Under the pieces are notes generated by a model that had not been told where the DNA came from, did no database searches, and was given only the letters and a program-made list of their open reading frames with translations. Below are positions 57,679 through 64,000 of a DNA stretch of 64,000 bases, piece by piece (position 1 is the first letter of the stretch; each line of letters starts with the position of its first letter). Where the stretch lies: positions 5,540 to 69,539 of IMG/VR virus record IMGVR_UViG_3300028610_001353; one strand, given 5' to 3'. The position numbers and the translations under genes were made by a program. The stretch is from a virus.

Positions 57679-58782
57679 ATGGCTCACGAAATTGACACGA
57701 CCACCGGAAAAGCCGCCGTCTTCGTCACTGGCGAACCCGCCTGGCACAAACTGGGGACAGTAGTCTCGGAGGCCCAGACCTCGGTCGAGGCGATCACACT
57801 GGCGGGGCTGGACTGGACGGTCGAGAAGAAGAACATCGCCGCCGCCATCGCAGACGGCCAATGGGCGCCGATCCCCAATCAGGTCGCCAACGTCCGATCC
57901 GACACAAACGCTGTCCTGGGTGTGGTCGGAACCACCTACCGCGCTTTCCAAAACCATGAGGCGTTCGATTTCATGGACACACTGGTCGACGACAAACTGG
58001 CCATGTACGAAACCGCCGGCTCGCTCAAAGGCGGTCGAAGGGTTTGGATGATGGCCCGCATCCCCAAGACATACCGAGTTGGCGAGGACGTCGTTGACCC
58101 CTACGTCCTTCTGACCAATGCCCACGACGGCACGCAATCGTTGCGGATGTTTCCTACCACCGTTCGGGTCGTCTGCCAAAACACCCTCACCTACGCCGAG
58201 AACCTGGCCGGATCGACCGGCATTCGCATCTCCCATTGGTCCCGACTGGAAACCCGGGTTAAGGAAGCCCGCCAGAAGCTGGGACTTATCGGGTCGCACC
58301 TCGACCAATTCGGCAAGGAAATGGTCGCTATGGCCGCCCGTAAACTGACCGGCTCCGAAGCTCGCGACTACTTCCGGGGCATGTTCCCCACCCAAACCAA
58401 AACGCAAGCCGCGGCGGCCCGGGGGATCAACACCGACAACCTGCTGGATTCGATCCTCGACAACCACGACCAGCAAGACGAGGTAATGAATGATCTGCTC
58501 GCCGGACACTACGCCGAGACTGAGGCCCGCGGCAAACGGAACGCCGTCATTCTCGATACCGTCTTGGGCAATTTTGAGAACGAGCGGAACAGCCTCCCCG
58601 GCATCGAGCGATCCGCATGGGCCGCCTACAACGCCATTAGCGAATGGGCCGACCACGGCCGCAAGTCGCGCGGCCGAACCGATGAGGAGCGGGCCGACAA
58701 CCAACTCAATTCGATCTGGTTCGGCTCCTCCAATGAGATCAAACAGAACGCCTACCAGTCGGCCTTGTCCCTGGTGAGCTAG
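57679..58782 (+). CDS. DUF932 family phage/plasmid protein
   Basis: PAWHKLG..AGLDW.V..R.DT..VLG.VG..Y...QN.EAF..ETAGSL.GG..N.HDG..T.VRVVC.NT..W.AYNA..E..DH. Confidence 0.88.
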   Translation: MAHEIDTTTGKAAVFVTGEPAWHKLGTVVSEAQTSVEAITLAGLDWTVEKKNIAAAIADGQWAPIPNQVANVRSDTNAVLGVVGTTYRAFQNHEAFDFMDTLVDDKLAMYETAGSLKGGRRVWMMARIPKTYRVGEDVVDPYVLLTNAHDGTQSLRMFPTTVRVVCQNTLTYAENLAGSTGIRISHWSRLETRVKEARQKLGLIGSHLDQFGKEMVAMAARKLTGSEARDYFRGMFPTQTKTQAAAARGINTDNLLDSILDNHDQQDEVMNDLLAGHYAETEARGKRNAVILDTVLGNFENERNSLPGIERSAWAAYNAISEWADHGRKSRGRTDEERADNQLNSIWFGSSNEIKQNAYQSALSLVS

Positions 58783-59070
58783 ACCGATGACACGAACCCG
58801 GCTCGGGGCACCACCCCCGGGCCGGGCGATCCGCCTCACGAAGGAAAACAAACCATGCTGTTTCAGTTGCAGGTGAACACCGGAAGACTCCGCTTTGACC
58901 CCGTCACTGGTCGCCGAACGTGGTACCTCAGCCTGAGGGTCTTCGGGCGAACTGCTTGGTTCCAATGGTGGGACACAGCCCGATCCGACCTTCGCCACAA
59001 ACGATGGGTCAGCCTCGACCATCTGATGTGCGCAACATCTGGTATTCGTAAGTGACTGAAGGTATCGACC

Positions 59071-59523
59071 GTGCCTTACCCGATCACCACCATTCGACGC
59101 GAAGCCCGCGACCGCAACCTCCCCTGGCCCGCCGTTCAAGACGCCTATCGGCAGATCAAGGAAGACGAACGCGAGAAACGCGAACGGCCCAATGCGATTC
59201 GCGAGCGGGCCTGGTGTATGGCTGTCCCTGTCGGCTGGCACCCCTTCTGGTCTTTTGGGTTCCAGTCCCAATGGGGCAAGAAGGTGGCCGAACTGGACCA
59301 CACCGTGATCCCTGGCTACGATGAAATCGCCCAGGAAATCGGCTGGGAGTTCCCTGAGTACGCCAACGACACGGGTACCGAGCGGCTGTTTGACTTCCTC
59401 CTCAGCCCTTACGACCGAATGCCCTCGGCGGAAGAAATGTACCGCCGGGCGATGGACCGAGTTGAATTCGAGATTACGACTTCCGAGCCGGTAGAAACTG
59501 CTTTTGAATACAGGAGCTTCTGA
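59071..59523 (+). CDS. Hypothetical protein
   Basis: 150-aa ORF in the plus-strand module. Confidence 0.6.
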   Translation: MPYPITTIRREARDRNLPWPAVQDAYRQIKEDEREKRERPNAIRERAWCMAVPVGWHPFWSFGFQSQWGKKVAELDHTVIPGYDEIAQEIGWEFPEYANDTGTERLFDFLLSPYDRMPSAEEMYRRAMDRVEFEITTSEPVETAFEYRSF

Positions 59524-59710
59524 TATGACCAAACGAGAGAAGATTGCCCGATACCGGGACGCCTGGAAACGATACAACGACGCCCATCGTAAGACAGTGT
59601 ACGTCGACACCCCGTGGGCAACAGCCGACGAGCAGCGGGATTCCGCGTATCGAATCCTTTTTAGCATACGGGATACGCTGCACCGCCTTGGTGTGGAGGT
59701 GCAATAAGCT

Positions 59711-60109
59711 ATGAAATGTCTCACCGTCCGACAATACTGGGCCTGGGCCATCATCCACGGCCCCAAGCGGGTCGAGAACCGGACCTGGAAAACCTCCCAC
59801 CGCGGACGACTCGCGATCCACGCTGGACGCACGCTTGATCCGGCTAGCCGCGCCGCGCTTGAAACAATCGGCTGTAGAATCCCCGAGGATACCCCGAGCG
59901 GGGTTGTCTTGGGGACGGTAGATTTGATAGACGTAGTCGCCTTCGACCCCGCGCAGGGGATGCTGGACGGGCTTGCGGACCCATACGGGTTGGCCGATGA
60001 TCCGTTGGCCACTGGCCCGTTCTGTTGGATTCTCCGTAATCCCCAGCCCCTGGCCGATCCGGTGTCATTGCTGGGAATGCCTGGTCTGTTTGAAGTCGAC
60101 TTGCCCTGA
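59711..60109 (+). CDS. ASCH domain protein
   Basis: LTVRQYWAWAIIHGPKRVENRTW...RG.LAIHAG...G..GLF. Confidence 0.9.
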   Translation: MKCLTVRQYWAWAIIHGPKRVENRTWKTSHRGRLAIHAGRTLDPASRAALETIGCRIPEDTPSGVVLGTVDLIDVVAFDPAQGMLDGLADPYGLADDPLATGPFCWILRNPQPLADPVSLLGMPGLFEVDLP

Positions 60110-60136
60110 GCCACCGCTACCGATATACTTACGACC

Positions 60137-60325
60137 ATGAGTACCGAATACCTCACCACCGCCGAGGCTGCGGCAGAACTCGACCTCTCGGAGATCCGCG
60201 TCCGGCAGCTTTGCCAAGACGGACGTCTCGGTCGCAAGATTGGTCGGAATTGGGCCATCACGCGCTCTCAGCTTGAGAAGTTTCGGGAGTTGGATCGGCC
60301 GGCGCATCGACCGGTTAGTCGCTAA
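60137..60325 (+). CDS. HTH_17/excisionase-like DNA-binding protein
   Basis: YLTTAEAAAELDLSEIRVRQLCQDGRL..KIGRNW.I; preceded by its own TTGCCC-N17-TATACT promoter. Confidence 0.85.
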   Translation: MSTEYLTTAEAAAELDLSEIRVRQLCQDGRLGRKIGRNWAITRSQLEKFRELDRPAHRPVSR

Positions 60326-61005
60326 ATTCGCATTCGTCCTTCATCGTGCCACAGGTTGTTTAGTTTCCATTGCCGATCTCGCGGGGGCTCTCGGTACATT
60401 TCGCCGCGGTACTCTACGACAGCCTGGCCGGCTTCCATTCCGTATTTCTCTCGGTCCCACGGCGTACGGTCACCGACTCGTTCAACATCAAGGACCAGCT
60501 CGCCCTCCACGAGTTTTTCGAGACAGGTCGCATGACCGATCGTGTAGTGACCCGGTCGCCCGCGCATCGCCAGCGCCTTGAACGCCAGCCAAAGCCCGGC
60601 GGCCGTATCTCCAATGTAGAACGGGGCCCATGGGGCGTGCTCCATCCAGCTTCGGGCCTGGGCCAGGATGTCGAACGATACTTCCCCCACCTCCGAGCGA
60701 ACCGAAACCCACACGATCCCCCGCCGCTCCGTAATCACAGCCGGGTCGATCTCCCACTTGGCCAGCGTGCTCGGGCGGAAGTTGTCTAGGACGACATCCG
60801 GCCAGGTGTCAAACAAAATGTCAGTCGCGGGGCGTTCCTCTAGGTGTTTCCGGTGGTTGATCCACTCCCACAATTCACCCCCCCTGTTGAGAGATAGGAT
60901 CGGGTCGCGGCCGTTGTGCCACTTCCGAACCCGATACCCCTGCTCAGCCAACACCATGCCCGCATAGGCGGGGACGATGTAGTTGCCTAACTCTAGGATG
61001 TTCAT
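60322..61005 (-). CDS. CoA-transferase family III (CaiB/BaiF), minimal version
   Basis: ILELG....AYAG..LAE.G.RV.K, N..K, DVVLDNFRP, FD..AQA, GD..AG with the catalytic Asp position. Confidence 0.8.
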   Translation of the reverse strand: MNILELGNYIVPAYAGMVLAEQGYRVRKWHNGRDPILSLNRGGELWEWINHRKHLEERPATDILFDTWPDVVLDNFRPSTLAKWEIDPAVITERRGIVWVSVRSEVGEVSFDILAQARSWMEHAPWAPFYIGDTAAGLWLAFKALAMRGRPGHYTIGHATCLEKLVEGELVLDVERVGDRTPWDREKYGMEAGQAVVEYRGEMYREPPRDRQWKLNNLWHDEGRMRI

Positions 61006-61346
61006 GGATACACCCCCTGCCGGGCCACGCTGTTTTGCTCATCACAATAGACTACCTGGGCCCCACCAAACTCGCCTCCCTGCCGGAATGCCATCACGAT
61101 ACACCGATCACCGACCTCCCCCAGCCGGGCACCACCGCCGTTCAGTTCAAATACACCTGGTTTTCCGGGAATAGCGTAGGTAGCCCACCGAGCCCCATTT
61201 TCCAAGTTGACGACCTCGACCCGTTCATAGGGCACAATGTCGACTGCCGCCAGAAGCTCGCGGCAAACTGTGACGCTGCCGCTGTAGGCAAGTGACTTGC
61301 TCGTCACGCGGACATCATGGATCTTGGCTGAAATGAATGTTCTCAT
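61002..61346 (-). CDS. panD: Aspartate 1-decarboxylase (pyruvoyl-dependent)
   Basis: AKIH..VT...L.YSG|S cleavage site, NGARW.TY, NGG.AR...GD..I. Confidence 0.88.
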   Translation of the reverse strand: MRTFISAKIHDVRVTSKSLAYSGSVTVCRELLAAVDIVPYERVEVVNLENGARWATYAIPGKPGVFELNGGGARLGEVGDRCIVMAFRQGGEFGGAQVVYCDEQNSVARQGVYP

Positions 61347-62458
61347 GTGGCAGGTGGAACATAGAGGAAGGTGTGGGTGTGACGTTGGATAGATCGACCG
61401 AAATGGTTGTTTCGCAGACTTTTAGTTGATCCCCTGTACCGGCGAGCGGTTGGAGTATTGGGTAGTTTCATCACCCCTGACCGAAGGCATTTCCACCGTG
61501 GACTCCTGGCGTAATACGCGACCATCGCCGGGTGGGCCACGACGTTTCGGTATTGATATCCCTTCGCGTATAGGTGTTGCCCAATCCAGTCATCCATCCG
61601 GCCGCCAATGCCGAGGCCCTGGTAGTCGGGCAGGACGACAAGCCGGGTGCCCCGCATGATGTTCTTTACCTTCGGGTGGGGGAATATACTCCACGCCGCG
61701 AACGCCACACAGACACCATTGACCCATCCTCCCACGCATTTTGCATTACTGACCAGCGTTCCGCTCATATAGTGATGGTGCTTAAACAGCTTCCACGCGG
61801 AACGATGGATCGAATAGAGTCGGAGGTCAAGGGGTGGGTGTTGTTGAAGACACCTCCATGCGAAGTCTCGCGTCTGCGGCTGGTAAACCCAATCGGGTTG
61901 CAGCCAGTCGATGATGTCATAATGACAGGAGACAGCAATCAACTGCCGCTTCTTCCGTCGCACCGTCTTCTGGATCGCGTGACAGGCAACTTTCGCAACC
62001 TGTCGATCTACCACGCTCGTAAATTCATCAATGACCACTAGTCCCTCGCTCTCGGCAATCGCGCGAGCAATCGTCACTCGGAATTGCTCACCGGTCGATA
62101 GCACCCCGAAGGGCCGAAGCCAGTTAGGGGGACTGCCGAATCCAATCGCCGATAAGGCGCCAACGATATCCTTGATCCCCATGCTGGCCGGGAATCCATC
62201 GAGTACGCTCTTCTTGGCGTCCCAGTCGAATCCGTGCCGAATCCCATCACCAAACAATCGGCGGGCCATGGTCGTCTTGCCGCTTCCGGACGGGCCGACA
62301 ATCAGGCCAATGTTCCACGGCTTGGCCTCGATCGGCAAATCAACGTCCCACTCCTCCTTCGACTGCTCACTAGGCGGAACGTCGAACATACCTTCCACCT
62401 GTAAGACGCGGGGCGTCCGCTGAACTGGGCTCATCACCTCTATGTGAGCGCTCGGCAT
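61343..62458 (-). CDS. ABC-type ATPase fused to a GNAT acyltransferase
   Basis: GPSGSGKTT, LSTGEQFR, IDEFTS, SCH; then W..F..HHY and RLVVLPDYQGLGIG (acyl-CoA-binding motif A). Confidence 0.88.
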   Translation of the reverse strand: MPSAHIEVMSPVQRTPRVLQVEGMFDVPPSEQSKEEWDVDLPIEAKPWNIGLIVGPSGSGKTTMARRLFGDGIRHGFDWDAKKSVLDGFPASMGIKDIVGALSAIGFGSPPNWLRPFGVLSTGEQFRVTIARAIAESEGLVVIDEFTSVVDRQVAKVACHAIQKTVRRKKRQLIAVSCHYDIIDWLQPDWVYQPQTRDFAWRCLQQHPPLDLRLYSIHRSAWKLFKHHHYMSGTLVSNAKCVGGWVNGVCVAFAAWSIFPHPKVKNIMRGTRLVVLPDYQGLGIGGRMDDWIGQHLYAKGYQYRNVVAHPAMVAYYARSPRWKCLRSGVMKLPNTPTARRYRGSTKSLRNNHFGRSIQRHTHTFLYVPPAT

Positions 62459-63003
62459 GTCAGCCCTCGCTTCACGAACTCCTCTAGCAATTTCACCTGT
62501 TGAACTTCGTCTTCACACTTGACTACCACGCCGAATGGGATGTCTACTTCATCAACCGGGGCGTCGCCGGGCTCGGGCAGATTGTCTTGGCAAAGGTCGA
62601 TCCCGTGCTCCTCCGCCAGCCCGTCCAGCATTGCCTGCACCCCTTCGCTTTCCGCGTCAATCTGGGCGAGCAGTTCGCCCAGCTTCTGCTTATCGACCTC
62701 GGCCATCTTGCCCACCGGGTCGTAGGTGGCGAGGATCTTGTCGGCCTCCTCCTCGGTCACGTCCAGTACCAGAACCGGAATCTTCTGGTCCGGCGTCAGT
62801 TCCGCCCGAAGGTGCCCGTCGATCAGTTGCAGCCCCTCGGGGGTCTCGCGGGCGAGAGCGGCACCCGCGTAGCCCACCTCGGCCAGGATGCCCCGCATAG
62901 CATCCGCCTGGGCTTCCGGGTGCGTCCGCCAGTTGCGGGGATTGGGCAGCAACTCGGACGCCTTCACCCGTTGAAGACTCTTGATCCGGTCTCTGATTTT
63001 CAT
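62440..63003 (-). CDS. ParB/Srx-like N-terminal domain protein
   Basis: LLPNPRNWRTHP..Q...LIDGHLR...PVLVLD..EEEA; short C-terminal domain VVVKCEDE.QQ..L. Confidence 0.8.
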   Translation of the reverse strand: MKIRDRIKSLQRVKASELLPNPRNWRTHPEAQADAMRGILAEVGYAGAALARETPEGLQLIDGHLRAELTPDQKIPVLVLDVTEEEADKILATYDPVGKMAEVDKQKLGELLAQIDAESEGVQAMLDGLAEEHGIDLCQDNLPEPGDAPVDEVDIPFGVVVKCEDEVQQVKLLEEFVKRGLTCRALT

Positions 63004-63415
63004 TCCGTGAATCCTTTGGACTTCTTTGGGGGGGGAGGGGGTGGCGGAGGCGGCTGTTCCTGATCTGCTGGCGGTTCCTCTGCTTTCCATTCTCCAGTCC
63101 ATGGATCGTAAGGATCATCCGCGTGAAGCCACGGTACCATTGACGGCGCTTTGGCTGCCCCTGACGGGGGTTTGAACTTTTGCACCTCTTTCCCCCGGAT
63201 CGCGGACCACAAGATCCACAGAGCCTCGCGTACAGTCGGCGGCTTGCACCAGAACGCCCCGTACCCAAAGCCTTGCTCTTCGAGCTGTACGGCGATACCG
63301 TGAGCCTGCGCCAGATCAAGCTTCATCTGGCAGGGCCGACTCGTCGGCCGCCATTTCGCAGGAACGCTACCACCCACGCCCTCCGCTGCCGGTATTTCTA
63401 TCCTTACGGGTATGC

Positions 63416-63919
63416 TCATTTCACCACTCCCGGGCATGCACAAGTCGGCAGCCTAGCCGTTACAGTGTGGTGCCCATCTGGATCACCCGGGATGGGAACG
63501 CTATCCTCAATCGCAATCCCAAACACCCCAGGATCACCGGCCTGGATTCCGGGGTCGGCTGCTGGGGCTGGCACGGCGTCCGCGTCCTTAACAGCGAGGA
63601 ACTCACACGCTTGCTTTTCTAGCTGCTCAATGCGATCGATTGATTCCTGCTGCAAGTGAACTTTAAGAAGAAACATGACGTTGCGGAGTTCCCGTATTCT
63701 ATCCAAGGTTACCTGCGTACTTGCCGTTACGTCGGCTGCTGGGACTGGAAGGGCTACGCCGAAGATAGGGGATATTGGTGCAGCGGGGTCAAGGTGTTGC
63801 TGGCACCCGCAAAGCTCCCGTTCGCCCCTGACCCGTAGCTGTTGCCTGATGGCAACCAGGGTCGACAGCAAAGCGGCATAGGCCGCACAAGCAACGGTCG
63901 CCCAATCAATCCACGTCAT
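63416..63919 (-). CDS. Membrane-anchored hypothetical protein
   Basis: N-terminal TM followed by a coiled coil. Confidence 0.5.
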   Translation of the reverse strand: MTWIDWATVACAAYAALLSTLVAIRQQLRVRGERELCGCQQHLDPAAPISPIFGVALPVPAADVTASTQVTLDRIRELRNVMFLLKVHLQQESIDRIEQLEKQACEFLAVKDADAVPAPAADPGIQAGDPGVFGIAIEDSVPIPGDPDGHHTVTARLPTCACPGVVK

Positions 63920-64000
63920 GAAGTACTCCGTTCACTGATTATGTTTGGTTGAATCGCCCCCCGGACGGACTATGTATCGTTTGCGCGGAGTGGGGGAAAT

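Noticed and set aside
57646-60261. 871-aa minus-strand ORF
   Set aside because: It is the antisense shadow of the recognisable plus-strand DUF932/ASCH/HTH genes and has no motifs.
61343-62458. ABC transporter
   Set aside because: No permease or substrate-binding gene is nearby, and the ATPase is fused to a GNAT domain.

Overview
The window is most of a temperate tailed (siphovirus-type) phage genome, almost entirely on the minus strand. The host is probably a Planctomycete, inferred from a captured Planctomycete-style extracellular/dockerin gene, a phage csrA and high GC. Read right to left in transcription order it holds: a ParB-like / ABC-ATPase-GNAT / PanD / CoA-transferase operon (60322-63003); an inverted plus-strand module with DUF932, ASCH and HTH genes (57600-60325); terminase, portal, protease-capsid fusion, head-tail, tail and tape-measure genes (37128-57025); a PRTase-HAD / Maf-like / cytidylyltransferase / sulfotransferase cluster (33425-37131); an early operon of tiny genes with repeated leaders, a hammerhead ribozyme and an XRE HTH (31174-32751); a tyrosine integrase with an intact attP made of the 3' half of tRNA-Ser(GGA); csrA and structured non-coding RNA; recombination and replication genes (exonuclease, AAA protein, split RecD2, ERCC4, primase-helicase, putative ori); accessory ORFs; and a late block with a trypsin-like protease, holin-like proteins, a Ser-rich repeat protein and a ppGalNAc-T-like glycosyltransferase that runs off the left edge. 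The best candidates for undescribed systems are (1) the PanD + CoA-transferase III + ABC-GNAT + ParB operon as a possible beta-alanyl DNA-modification pathway, (2) a split hammerhead ribozyme whose intact catalytic 3' half lies beyond an ORF, and (3) a mucin-like protein coupled to a GT27-like glycosyltransferase. All assignments come from reading motifs by eye; no database searches were run.
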